From the NCBI GenBank assembly GCA_039588215.1, contig JBDHAD010000034.1, positions 1,230 through 65,229 on the forward strand: 64,000 bases of DNA. The letters are read 5' to 3'. The DNA comes from Gemmatimonadota bacterium (GTDB lineage: Bacteria > Gemmatimonadota > Gemmatimonadetes > Palauibacterales > Palauibacteraceae). A model generated the notes under the pieces. It was not told where the DNA came from. It ran no database searches and saw only the letters and a program-made list of their open reading frames with translations. The position numbers were made by a program, and so were the translations under genes. Numbering within the stretch: the first letter of the stretch is position 1; each line of letters begins with the position of its first letter. Positions 35,801 to 45,248 of this stretch are shown piece by piece.

Positions 35801-37593
35801 TGGCGACTGCCGAGCTCGAGGCGCGCACGGTGCACCTCACGATGGCGGATGCCAACGAGGACATCTCGCGTCCGATCTCCAAGCCGGCGCTCCGCTGGTG
35901 GCTGCTCCTCGGTGTGACCGTCCTGTTGATCGGGGTCGGCGCGGCCGCCTGGTTCTACCAGATCGGCGTGGGCCTCGGAGTGGCGGGCATCACCCACCCG
36001 GTGATGTGGGGCGTCTACATCACGAACTTCGTCTTCTGGGTCGGGATCGCGCACAGCGGCACGCTCATCTCGGCGATCCTGTACCTGTTCCGCTCGGGGT
36101 GGCGCACGACCATCAACCGCGCGGCCGAGGCGATGACGATCTTCGCCGTGATGACGGCGGGCTTGTTCCCGCTCATCCACCTAGGGCGTGTGTGGTACTT
36201 CTATTGGCTCATGCCGTACCCGTCGCAGCGTCAGATCTGGCCCGACTTCCGGTCGCCGCTGGTGCTCGACGTGTTCGCGGTGGGCACCTACTTCACGATC
36301 AGCCTGATCTTCTGGTACACAGGCCTCATCCCTGACCTGGCGGCGCTCAGGGACAAGTTCAGCGGGATGAAGAGCAAGGTGTACGGCGCCCTATCGCTCG
36401 GGTGGACCGGCACGGTCAACGAGTGGCGGCACTACCGGCGCGCGTATCTCTACATGGCGGGGATCGCGACACCGCTCGTGCTCTCCGTGCACAGCGTCGT
36501 GTCGTGGGACTTCGCGATGAGCATCGTCCCCGGATGGCACTCTACCATCTTCGCCCCCTACTTCGTGGCGGGTGCCATCTTCTCGGGGATTGCGATGGTG
36601 ATCACCTTGATGGTCCCCCTCCGATGGGCGTTCGGGTTGGAGGACTACATCACGGAGTACCACTTCGAGAACATGGCGAAGCTGTTGCTCCTGACCTCCC
36701 TCATCGTGGGCTACGCCTACGGGGCGGAGTATTTCCTCGCCTGGTACTCGGCCGACCCGATCGAGCAGGAGAGCTTCCTGTGGCGGGCGCGCGGCCACTA
36801 CGCGCTCCCGTTCTGGATCATGGTGTTCTGTAACGTTGTGGTCCCGATGTCCTGCTGGTTCAGACGGATCCGCCGCAGCATCAAGGCGCTGTTCGTGATC
36901 TCGATCTTCGTGAACATCGGGATGTGGTACGAGCGCTTCGTGATCATCGCCTCGTCGCTGGCGCACGAGTTCGATCCGGGCGGCTGGGGGATCTACACGC
37001 CGAGCTGGGTGGAGATCGCGATCCTGGTCGGGAGCTTCGCCTGGTTCTTCTTCTGGTTCCTGATCTTCACGAGGACGCTCCCGACGATCAGCATCGCCGA
37101 GGTGATGGCGCAGTACACGAGCCTCGGCGACACGGAGGGGGCGATCCGGAGACTCCGCGACGCGGGGCATGTGGACCTTCAGGTGTGGTCGCCCGTCCCG
37201 TCCGAGGCGCTCGAGGAGGCGATGGACATCCACGGCTCACCCGTGGGACGGTGGGCGCTCATCGGCGGCGTGACCGGGTGTGTCACCGGGCTGCTGCTCA
37301 CGGCCGGGACGTCGCTCGGCTACCCGCTCGTGACGCAGGGTAAGCCGATCGTCTCGATCCCGCCGTTCATCGTGGTGATGTTCGAGCTGACGATCCTGCT
37401 CACCGGGATCTTCGCGCTCATGGCCATGCTCGTGCACGCACGCCGCCCGAAGCGGGATCTGTCGCCTCATTACCGTCCCGAGTTCTCGGTCGACCGCTTT
37501 GGCGTGTACGTCCCCGCCGGCCAGTGGGATCTCTCCGAGATCGAGGAGCTGGTCCGGGACACGGGCGCGGTAGACGTGGAGACCGACTCGTGA
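35800..37593 (+). CDS. actC: Alternative complex III ActC (NrfD-like) continuous with an ActD-like (DUF3341) C-terminal region
   Basis: ATGA overlap with the actB stop. ~10 TM helices of the NrfD/PsrC type. From about residue 435 the sequence (EGAIRRLRDAGHVDLQVWSPVPSEALEEAMD, then 2 TM) matches ActD, with no intervening stop. Confidence 0.75.
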   Translation: MATAELEARTVHLTMADANEDISRPISKPALRWWLLLGVTVLLIGVGAAAWFYQIGVGLGVAGITHPVMWGVYITNFVFWVGIAHSGTLISAILYLFRSGWRTTINRAAEAMTIFAVMTAGLFPLIHLGRVWYFYWLMPYPSQRQIWPDFRSPLVLDVFAVGTYFTISLIFWYTGLIPDLAALRDKFSGMKSKVYGALSLGWTGTVNEWRHYRRAYLYMAGIATPLVLSVHSVVSWDFAMSIVPGWHSTIFAPYFVAGAIFSGIAMVITLMVPLRWAFGLEDYITEYHFENMAKLLLLTSLIVGYAYGAEYFLAWYSADPIEQESFLWRARGHYALPFWIMVFCNVVVPMSCWFRRIRRSIKALFVISIFVNIGMWYERFVIIASSLAHEFDPGGWGIYTPSWVEIAILVGSFAWFFFWFLIFTRTLPTISIAEVMAQYTSLGDTEGAIRRLRDAGHVDLQVWSPVPSEALEEAMDIHGSPVGRWALIGGVTGCVTGLLLTAGTSLGYPLVTQGKPIVSIPPFIVVMFELTILLTGIFALMAMLVHARRPKRDLSPHYRPEFSVDRFGVYVPAGQWDLSEIEELVRDTGAVDVETDS

Positions 37594-37649
37594 GCCGCGG
37601 TCGCTGGTCGGCGACGACCCCGGGGCGCGGCCGGCTTTCGCCGAAAGCC

Positions 37650-38261
37650 ATGAGCCGCGGCCGGCCATCGCGGACGGGCAGGCACCGCAGCCGCCCGCTG
37701 GCGACGTTCGCGGCGGTCGCCCTGGGCGGGCTCATCTCGATGGGCTGTGACGACCAGATCAAGTACATCAGCCTCTTCTCGACGATGTCGGAGCAGGTCT
37801 CGCTGGAGCCGGGTGAAGAGGTGCCTCGCACCTCGGTGCCGGGCACGATGCCCATCGACGGAGAACGCGTTTACGGGCTGCTGGAGGCCGACACGGCGTT
37901 GGTCAGCCCGATCGTCGTGGATTCGGCCGCGCTCGCGCTGGGGCAAGAACGGTTCGAGCAGTTTTGCATGCCGTGTCACGGATACGAGGGGCGGGGCGAT
38001 GGCCCGGTCGTGGGGCCGAACCGGATCCCGCCCATCCCCACGCTCGATCTCACCACGGATCGGGCCAACGGGCGCGGGTTGATGCCGTCATATCACCGCA
38101 TCCCGCTGGACGAACGGTGGCCGATCGTCGCGTATGTCCGGCAGCTCCAGCAACAGGCCGCGGAGGGCAGTGCTTCCGCGGGTGGAGCCGCCGCCGCTCC
38201 GACGGTTGCGGGTGATGCCGCCGGCGACACCGAGGACACGATGGCGGGAGGTCAGCCGTGA
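37650..38261 (+). CDS. actE: Alternative complex III subunit ActE (monohaem cytochrome c lipoprotein)
   Basis: Lipobox LISMGC. Single CMPCH haem motif. Positioned between actCD and actF. Confidence 0.7.
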   Translation: MSRGRPSRTGRHRSRPLATFAAVALGGLISMGCDDQIKYISLFSTMSEQVSLEPGEEVPRTSVPGTMPIDGERVYGLLEADTALVSPIVVDSAALALGQERFEQFCMPCHGYEGRGDGPVVGPNRIPPIPTLDLTTDRANGRGLMPSYHRIPLDERWPIVAYVRQLQQQAAEGSASAGGAAAAPTVAGDAAGDTEDTMAGGQP

Positions 38262-39532
38262 GCCACGCTCGGAAGACCGTGTCTCAGGAGCAGGCACTCG
38301 GCACCGTGACGGGGCGCATCCCGGGTAGCTGGTTGCTGATCTGGCTGGCGGCGATCGCGCTGGGTGCCGTCGGCTTTTTCCTCGCGGTGGGGTCCACGCC
38401 CCAGCGGGCCTGGATGACCGTGTGGTTCAATTTCCTGTTCTGGACCTCACTCGCGATGGGTGGAGTGGTGTTCAGTGCGATCCTGCAGGCGGCGAAGGGA
38501 CACTGGGGCAAGCCGTTCCGGAGACTGGCGGAAGGAGCCGCCGCCTTTCTTCCGTTCTCGCTCGTCCTGTTCGTGCTTTTGTATTTCGGCTCCGAGTACG
38601 TGCTCGTGTGGCTCGGGCCGGTCGAGACCCTGCACCTGAACCGCACCTGGCTCACGCAGGATGGCGTGTTCATCCGCAACGGCATCCTGCTCGCGATCCT
38701 CTACCTCGCCTCGTTCGTCTTCCTGTGGTACTCGCTACGGGCGGATGCCCCGCTGGTGGCCCCGCGACTGAGAGGGTGGCGTAAGGCGCTCGTCGGCCGC
38801 CTGTCGAACAAGTGGCGCGGTGACGAGGTCGAGGTCGAGCGCTGCACCCGGCGAATCGCGCGGCTCGGGCCGTTCATCATTCTGGCGTGGGTGGGCGTGC
38901 TCTCGATGCTCTCCTACGACCTTATCATGTCGCTAGTCCCCGGCTTCGTCAGCATCGTGTGGGGGCCGTACTACTTCGTGGGCGGGTGGCTGTGCCTGCT
39001 CGCGCTCGTCGCGCTGATGGCGAATCACTACAACCACCGCTTCGGGGGCGAGCCGTTGTGGGGCCAGTGGGATTTCCACGACCTCGGCAAACTGATGTTC
39101 GCGTTCGTGGTCTTCTGGACCTACCTGTGGTTCGCGCAGTTCCTTGTCGTCTGGTACGGCAACCTCCCGCGCGAGGCCAACTTCTTCCTTGAACGCGCCG
39201 TGGGCCCCTTCTCGGGAATCTACTGGCTCCAGATGGTCCTCATCTTCGCGTTGCCGTTCGTGTTCCTGCTGGGGCGTAAGCCGAAGATGCGATCCCGCTG
39301 GCTGGCTTTCGTCGCACTCATCATCCTGACGGGATTCTGGGTCGAGCGTTTCAACCTGGTCGTGCCATCGGTGTGGGAGGGGAGCGGCGTGCCGCTGGGG
39401 TGGCAGGAGATCCTGATCTCGGTCGGCTTCATCGGGCTCTTCGGTCTGTGCTACGCCATGTTCGCGAGCACCTTCCCGAAGGTGCCGATCCGCGACACGA
39501 TCGCGGCAGGCAGCGCCGGCCAGGGTCCGTAA
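38258..39532 (+). CDS. actF: Alternative complex III subunit ActF (NrfD-like membrane protein)
   Basis: GTG start overlapping the actE stop. Polytopic membrane protein in the position expected for ActF. Confidence 0.7.
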   Translation: MSHARKTVSQEQALGTVTGRIPGSWLLIWLAAIALGAVGFFLAVGSTPQRAWMTVWFNFLFWTSLAMGGVVFSAILQAAKGHWGKPFRRLAEGAAAFLPFSLVLFVLLYFGSEYVLVWLGPVETLHLNRTWLTQDGVFIRNGILLAILYLASFVFLWYSLRADAPLVAPRLRGWRKALVGRLSNKWRGDEVEVERCTRRIARLGPFIILAWVGVLSMLSYDLIMSLVPGFVSIVWGPYYFVGGWLCLLALVALMANHYNHRFGGEPLWGQWDFHDLGKLMFAFVVFWTYLWFAQFLVVWYGNLPREANFFLERAVGPFSGIYWLQMVLIFALPFVFLLGRKPKMRSRWLAFVALIILTGFWVERFNLVVPSVWEGSGVPLGWQEILISVGFIGLFGLCYAMFASTFPKVPIRDTIAAGSAGQGP

Positions 39533-39596
39533 GCTATGGCGACATAACCAGTTAACTGCACCTTCAGACTCACCCTCCTACCGCGCTGCCGAGCCA

Positions 39597-39618
39597 CCGC
39601 ACGCGTTCGTGCGGTTTT
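39597..39618 (+). terminator. Rho-independent terminator after actF
   Basis: CCGCACG-CGTT-CGTGCGG followed by TTTT. Confidence 0.7.
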
Positions 39619-39924
39619 GCGTCTCGGTCCACGATGCGCTTGGGATGAAATGTCCCACGCGCCTGTAGCCCACCCCGTTCGCGCCGCCACGAATCAAGCC
39701 ACCTGGCCTGTATTTCTGCGTTTCCGATGGCATCGAAGCGGGTGGCCCGCATCTGGCTCACGGATGTCCCAAATCACTCCCCACTGACGCGGAGGGCGAG
39801 GCCCGGTGATGACCCGTACGCAGGGGCAGGCGAACGTGTGGACGATCCCGATGGCACCGCTGGGGCCTGCTGACCGCCGAATTCCTCCTCGCTCGCCTTC
39901 CCGGCCGAAGGGCTAGGTAGGAAG

Positions 39925-40443
39925 ATGGCCCTGCCTCGCATTCGTCGTGCGCTCGTGCGCGTGGTCCTGCCGATCCTGCTGGTCGTGCTCGCCATCCGAC
40001 TCGCGGTCGGGCATGAGCCCGCGGTGCCCCAGCCCGTGCAATTCAACCACCTGAAGCACACGCAGGAGCTGCAGCTGACGTGCGACTTCTGCCACAAGTA
40101 CGTGCGTCAGGGCGCGCACGCCGGTCTGCCCGGCGCCGAGACTTGCTCGATGTGCCATTCCGCCCCGCAGGGGACATCCGAGGAAGCCGCGAGGGTGACC
40201 GAGCTCCTCTCTGAGGGCGACCCGTTGCGGTTTGCCAAGCTGTTCCGGCTGCCGGACCACGTGTTCTACACGCACCGACGACATGTCGGGATCGGCGAGC
40301 TGGAATGCGCCAACTGTCACGGCGCGATCGCCGAGACCGAGCGCCCGCCGGAGCGGCCTTTGATCCGCATGACCATGGAGTTCTGCATGGACTGCCACCG
40401 CGAGCGGGAGCAGACCCTCGACTGCAACGCCTGCCACCGCTGA
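39925..40443 (+). CDS. Membrane-anchored pentahaem cytochrome c (ActA/NrfB-like)
   Basis: N-terminal TM segment. Five CxxCH motifs (CDFCH, CSMCH, CANCH, CMDCH, CNACH). Confidence 0.8.
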   Translation: MALPRIRRALVRVVLPILLVVLAIRLAVGHEPAVPQPVQFNHLKHTQELQLTCDFCHKYVRQGAHAGLPGAETCSMCHSAPQGTSEEAARVTELLSEGDPLRFAKLFRLPDHVFYTHRRHVGIGELECANCHGAIAETERPPERPLIRMTMEFCMDCHREREQTLDCNACHR

Positions 40444-40458
40444 TGCGAGGCCGGTGAG

Positions 40459-42822
40459 ATGAGCGTAGACCGACGAGAGTTTTTGTGGGCGATGGGCGCC
40501 GCCGGCGCCGGACTGGCCATGCAGGGATTGCCGAGCGTCTTTTGGACGACCGATCAGACGCCCGATCCCGGCTGGGCGCCCGGCCTCGAGGACCACCTCA
40601 ACTCCTCGTGTCTGGTCTGCCCCGCGCGCTGCGGGATCCGGGGCCGCGTGGTGGACGGGCGGCTCGTCAGGATTTCCGGTAACCCTCTGCACCCGATGAG
40701 CCGCGGAGGTGTGTGTCCACGTGGGATCGCTGGCGTGCAAATGCTTTATCACCCGGAGCGACTCGCCTCGCCGATCGCGCGCGTGGGCGCGCGCGGGGGC
40801 GACGAGTGGCGGGCGATCACCCAAGAAGAAGCGATCGCGCTCATCGTCGAGCGCTTGGGAGCTCTCCGGACGGAAGGTCGGCCGGAAGGGCTGGCGCTCC
40901 TCGCCGGCTACTGCGCGGGCAGCGTGCAGGATTCGTGGAGCCATTTCCTGCAAGCGTTCGGGTCGCCGAACTACGTGCCGGATGATTATCCCGACGCGAC
41001 GGACTCGCTCATGGGGCTCGTGCACGGGATCGCACAGCGACCCAGCTACGACCTCGCGAGGGCGTCGCTGGTGCTCTCGTTCGGAACTCCGTTGTTCGAA
41101 TCGTGGTGGTCGCCGCTGCAGGCGTTCACGGCGTTCTCCGACCCACAAGAACCGGAGGGGCCGCGACCGCGATTCGTCCAGGTCGATACGCGCTTCTCGC
41201 GCACTGCCGCCCGATCCCAAGAATGGGTCGGGATCCGTCCCGGCACACATGCGGTCCTAGCGCTCGGCATCGCGTACGTGCTGATCCGAGATCAGCTGTT
41301 CGACGTCGACTTCGTCTCGGAGCGGGTGACGGGATTCGAGGACTACACGGGTCGAGACGGGCAGGTTCGAGAGGGATACCGCTCGATCGTCTCGCGCAAT
41401 TACCGAACCGAAGAAGTCTCGGCGATCACCGGCGTGCCCGTGGAGCGGATCGCCGCTCTGGCTCGGGCGATCGCGGAGAACACGCCGGCGATCGCGGTGT
41501 GTGGCGCGGACGTGACCCTGGCGCCCAACGGATTGTTGGCCGGCCTGGCGGTTCACAGCTTGAACGTCCTCGTCGGGAGTCTCAACCGCCCCGGCGGGGT
41601 TCTCTTCCGCGAGGACACGCCGCTGGCGCCGCTGGCGCCGCTCGTGCGGGACGAAACGTCCCGCGTAGGTCTGGAATCCGAGCCCGTCGGACAGGCGAGG
41701 CCGGCATTCGGACGGGGCGATCCGGCTCGGGACTTCGCCACGGCCGTCGCGGAGAGCGAGAGCACGGCGATAGAGGCCCTGCTCCTCTACTACGCCAACC
41801 CGTTGGCTTCGTCGACGCATCCCGAAGTCTGGTCGGCGGCCCTCGAGAAGATCCCCTTCGTGGTCAGCTTCTCGCCGTTCCTGGACGAAACGGCGCGGCA
41901 TGCCGACCTCGTGCTTCCCGATCTGCTTCCGTACGAGCGCTGGCAGGATGCTCCGACGCCCTCGTCGTATCCATACCCCGTTTGGGGCGTCTCACGGCCC
42001 CTGGTCGAGCCACACGGGGGAGGGCTCCATACCGGTGAAGCGGTCCTGGCGGTTTCCAGGGGCCTGGGCGGCGGCGTCGCCGAGAGCCTCCCGTACGAGA
42101 ACTTCGAGACACTTCTCAAGGCGCGGGCGCGCGGGCTGTTCGAGGCCCAGCACGGCATGCTTCTCGGAAGCGACTTCGAGCAGCGTCATCACCGCCAGAT
42201 GGAGGAGCGTGGCTGGTGGCTGGCCGAGCACGCGGAGTTCGACCCGTTTTGGAGCGATCTCGTCGAGCGGGGCGGGTGGATGGATCCGCACTACGACCAC
42301 ACCGACCCGGCCCGGTTCTCCGAAACGACCAGTGGCCGCATCGAGCTCTTGCCCCCCGCGTTGCTCGAAGCGCTCGACTCGGAGGGCCGCGGCCGGAGAC
42401 CCTACCTCGAGACCACGATCGGCTACGAGGGCGATGAGGAGGAGTTCCCGCTTCGTCTCGTCCCGTATCGTGTGTCGACGCTCGCTTCGGGCACGCTCGG
42501 CCTCGAGCGCTGGATGGCGGAGGTACCGGGACTGTTCCCGGAAATCCACTGGGATCCATGGATCGAGATCAACCCGGAGACCGCACACTCGTTGGGGCTC
42601 GGCGACCGCACGATGGTGTGGGTGGTGTCCTCGCGCGCCAGGTATCGTGCCCGCCTGAGGGTGTTCCCCGGCACCGCGCCCGACAACGTGGGCGCGCCGT
42701 ACGGGTTGCGACACCCCGACGGGGAACTCGCGAGCCCCCTCCAGATACTCGTAGGCTCGGCTGACCCGCTGACGGGGTTGCCGAGCTGGCATTCCACCCG
42801 AGTCCGCCTCGAACGGGCGTAG
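40459..42822 (+). CDS. Tat-exported molybdopterin (bis-MGD) oxidoreductase catalytic subunit, PsrA/TtrA-like
   Basis: Tat motif DRREFLWAMGAAGAG. FS0 cluster motif CLVCPARCGIRG...VCPRG. ~787 aa MopB-type body. Confidence 0.8.
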   Translation: MSVDRREFLWAMGAAGAGLAMQGLPSVFWTTDQTPDPGWAPGLEDHLNSSCLVCPARCGIRGRVVDGRLVRISGNPLHPMSRGGVCPRGIAGVQMLYHPERLASPIARVGARGGDEWRAITQEEAIALIVERLGALRTEGRPEGLALLAGYCAGSVQDSWSHFLQAFGSPNYVPDDYPDATDSLMGLVHGIAQRPSYDLARASLVLSFGTPLFESWWSPLQAFTAFSDPQEPEGPRPRFVQVDTRFSRTAARSQEWVGIRPGTHAVLALGIAYVLIRDQLFDVDFVSERVTGFEDYTGRDGQVREGYRSIVSRNYRTEEVSAITGVPVERIAALARAIAENTPAIAVCGADVTLAPNGLLAGLAVHSLNVLVGSLNRPGGVLFREDTPLAPLAPLVRDETSRVGLESEPVGQARPAFGRGDPARDFATAVAESESTAIEALLLYYANPLASSTHPEVWSAALEKIPFVVSFSPFLDETARHADLVLPDLLPYERWQDAPTPSSYPYPVWGVSRPLVEPHGGGLHTGEAVLAVSRGLGGGVAESLPYENFETLLKARARGLFEAQHGMLLGSDFEQRHHRQMEERGWWLAEHAEFDPFWSDLVERGGWMDPHYDHTDPARFSETTSGRIELLPPALLEALDSEGRGRRPYLETTIGYEGDEEEFPLRLVPYRVSTLASGTLGLERWMAEVPGLFPEIHWDPWIEINPETAHSLGLGDRTMVWVVSSRARYRARLRVFPGTAPDNVGAPYGLRHPDGELASPLQILVGSADPLTGLPSWHSTRVRLERA

Positions 42823-42834
42823 GGGGCGCGCACG

Positions 42835-43518
42835 ATGCCACGCTGGGGGATGGTGATCGACCTCGATCGTTGCACGGGGTGCGCCGCGTGCGAGCTGGCG
42901 TGCAAGAGCGAGAACAACATCCCCACCGTCAGCCCCGAAGAGGCCGAGGCGGGGCGCGCCATGGCCTGGATGAAGGTCCAGGTGGAGATCGAGGGGGAGT
43001 TCCCCGACACCTCCATGAACTTCTTCCCCCGCCCCTGCATGCATTGCGACAACCCGCCGTGCATCCGGGTGTGCCCGGTCGTGGCGACCTACATCGATGA
43101 CGAGGGAATCGTGGGACAGATCTACCCGCGCTGCATCGGTTGTCGCTACTGCGCCAACGCCTGCCCCTACACGGTGAAGTACTTCAACTGGTACGGACCG
43201 GAATGGAGCGAGTCGGAGCGGCGGCACCTGAATCCTGACGTCTCCGAGCGACCCAAAGGGGTCATCGAAAAGTGCACCTTCTGCCACCACCGACTGCAGA
43301 AGGCGAGGGAGGATGCGCAGGCGGAGGGACGGGATCTCAGGGAGGAGGACTATCAACCGGCGTGCGCCGAGGTGTGCCCCACCGGCGCCATCCTGTTCGG
43401 CGACCTCGAGAACCCGAACCACCGAGTGGCGGAGCTCAAGGAAGATCCACGAGCGACCCGATTGCTGGAGGACCTGGGGACGGAGCCGAAGGTCTACTAC
43501 CTGAGGACGAGAGAGTAG
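42835..43518 (+). CDS. 4Fe-4S ferredoxin-type subunit (PsrB/DmsB-like)
   Basis: Four Cys clusters: CTGCAACELAC, CMHCDNPPCIRVCP, CIGCRYCANACP, CTFC...CAEVCP. Confidence 0.85.
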   Translation: MPRWGMVIDLDRCTGCAACELACKSENNIPTVSPEEAEAGRAMAWMKVQVEIEGEFPDTSMNFFPRPCMHCDNPPCIRVCPVVATYIDDEGIVGQIYPRCIGCRYCANACPYTVKYFNWYGPEWSESERRHLNPDVSERPKGVIEKCTFCHHRLQKAREDAQAEGRDLREEDYQPACAEVCPTGAILFGDLENPNHRVAELKEDPRATRLLEDLGTEPKVYYLRTRE

Positions 43519-43519
43519 C

Positions 43520-45217
43520 ATGTCGCCCGAAGCGCGGGCCAAGCTGGCGACGATGAGCGAAGACGAGCGCGCGCTCCTCAAACCGCTCCTCGAGACGTCG
43601 CGGACCTTTTACGTGGTGGCGTCGTTCCTGGGCTTTATCGTGCTTTGGGGGCTCTTCGCCTACTATCTGCAGGTCCGGCACGGGCTCGGCCGCACGGGGC
43701 TGAATCGGCCCGAGTATTGGGGCATCTACATCATCTGCTTCGTCTTCTTCATCGGGATCAGCCACGCGGGGACCCTCATCTCGGCGATCCTTCGAGTCAG
43801 CAAGGCGGAGTGGCGGCGGTCGATCACGCGCTCGGCCGAGCTGATCACGGTTCTGGTCATCGGATTCGGCGCCATCCAGCCGATCGTCGACCTCGGGCGA
43901 CCCGACCGGGCGTTGAACATCATTTTCAACGCGCAGCTGCGCTCGCCACTCCTGTGGGACGTCATCAGCATCGGGCTGTACTTCACCGCCTGCACGATCT
44001 ATCTGTATGTCCCGATGCTGCCGGATCTGGCGCGCATCCGTGACCTCAAGATCAAGGCGCCGCGCTTCTACGGATTCCTCGCCGGCGGGTACCAGCACAC
44101 ACCCTCACAGCGAGCCACCCTGGAGCGGGTCATCGGTATCCTGTCGATCGTAGTGATCCCGATAGCCATCTCCGTGCATACCGTCATCGGGTGGATCTTC
44201 GCCATGACGCTGCGGCCGATGTGGCACAGCACGATCTTCGGCCCGTACTTCGTCATGGGAGCGATCTACTCCGGGATCGCCGCGATCCTGGTCGCGATGG
44301 TGATACTGAGGCGGGTGTACCATCTGCAGGACTACTTCAAGCCCGTACACTTCGACTATCTGGGGCGTCTGCTCCTCGTGTTCAGCCTGTTGTGGTTCTA
44401 CTTCACGTTCGCCGAGTATCTCACCGTCTTCTACGGCGCGGAGCCGGCGGAGATGCGGACTTTCTGGGCCAAGGTCACCGGGCCCTTCGCGTTGCCGTTC
44501 TGGACCATGGTGATGGGGTGTTTCTTCGTCCCGCTGTTCCTCATGTCACGGCGATCGACACGCACGCCGAAAGGTACGATGATCGCGGGTATCGCCGTAC
44601 TGATCGGCATGTGGCTCGAGCGGTTCAACATCGTCGTACCGACATCCGTGAATCCGATCTGGGAGTTCGAGTCACTGGGACGCTACCTCCCGTCCTGGAT
44701 CGAGATCTCGATCATGTCCGCGACCTTCGCCGGGTTCGTGCTGCTGTACATGATCGCGACTAAGTTCGTCCCGATCGTCTCCATATGGGAGATGGAGGAG
44801 GGGCGGAAGGAGTCGGTGACCTCGACCTCCGAGCGCGTCTGGACCTACTTGCCTCAGCCAAAGGGCGCCGAGCAGATCCTCCGCATTCTCGGTCATCTCG
44901 CGACCGTCGATTTGGCGGTCCAGGAGCAGGAGATCGAGCTGATCCACGGGTTCGCCCGTAGGTGGAATATCCCAGCTCCGGAGCTGAGCCCGGGAGCCGT
45001 CACCGGAGAGAACAGCCTGCCGAAGCTGCGCGAGGCGGTGCAGGATTACTTGGAGTACGAGCCGTCACCCAACCAGGCGACTCAGCTTCTCGAGGTCCTC
45101 AAGATGCTCGTCCGGGCGGACGAGCAGGTGACCCGCGAGGAGGAGAAGGTACTGCTAGAGATCACGCACCTCATCGGCGAGTACCTGAAGACCGCTCCGT
45201 CTGGTGCAGCCGCTTAG
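43520..45217 (+). CDS. NrfD/PsrC-like polytopic membrane subunit with a ~145-aa soluble C-terminal TerB-like extension
   Basis: Membrane part resembles ActC (WGIYI.CFVFFIGISHAGTLISAILR). The tail has two ...xD(L/E)xVxxxExxL... repeats, like the TerB fold. Confidence 0.7.
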   Translation: MSPEARAKLATMSEDERALLKPLLETSRTFYVVASFLGFIVLWGLFAYYLQVRHGLGRTGLNRPEYWGIYIICFVFFIGISHAGTLISAILRVSKAEWRRSITRSAELITVLVIGFGAIQPIVDLGRPDRALNIIFNAQLRSPLLWDVISIGLYFTACTIYLYVPMLPDLARIRDLKIKAPRFYGFLAGGYQHTPSQRATLERVIGILSIVVIPIAISVHTVIGWIFAMTLRPMWHSTIFGPYFVMGAIYSGIAAILVAMVILRRVYHLQDYFKPVHFDYLGRLLLVFSLLWFYFTFAEYLTVFYGAEPAEMRTFWAKVTGPFALPFWTMVMGCFFVPLFLMSRRSTRTPKGTMIAGIAVLIGMWLERFNIVVPTSVNPIWEFESLGRYLPSWIEISIMSATFAGFVLLYMIATKFVPIVSIWEMEEGRKESVTSTSERVWTYLPQPKGAEQILRILGHLATVDLAVQEQEIELIHGFARRWNIPAPELSPGAVTGENSLPKLREAVQDYLEYEPSPNQATQLLEVLKMLVRADEQVTREEEKVLLEITHLIGEYLKTAPSGAAA

Positions 45218-45248
45218 AATCCTCCGTAATGACCGCGGGACGGGAGCC

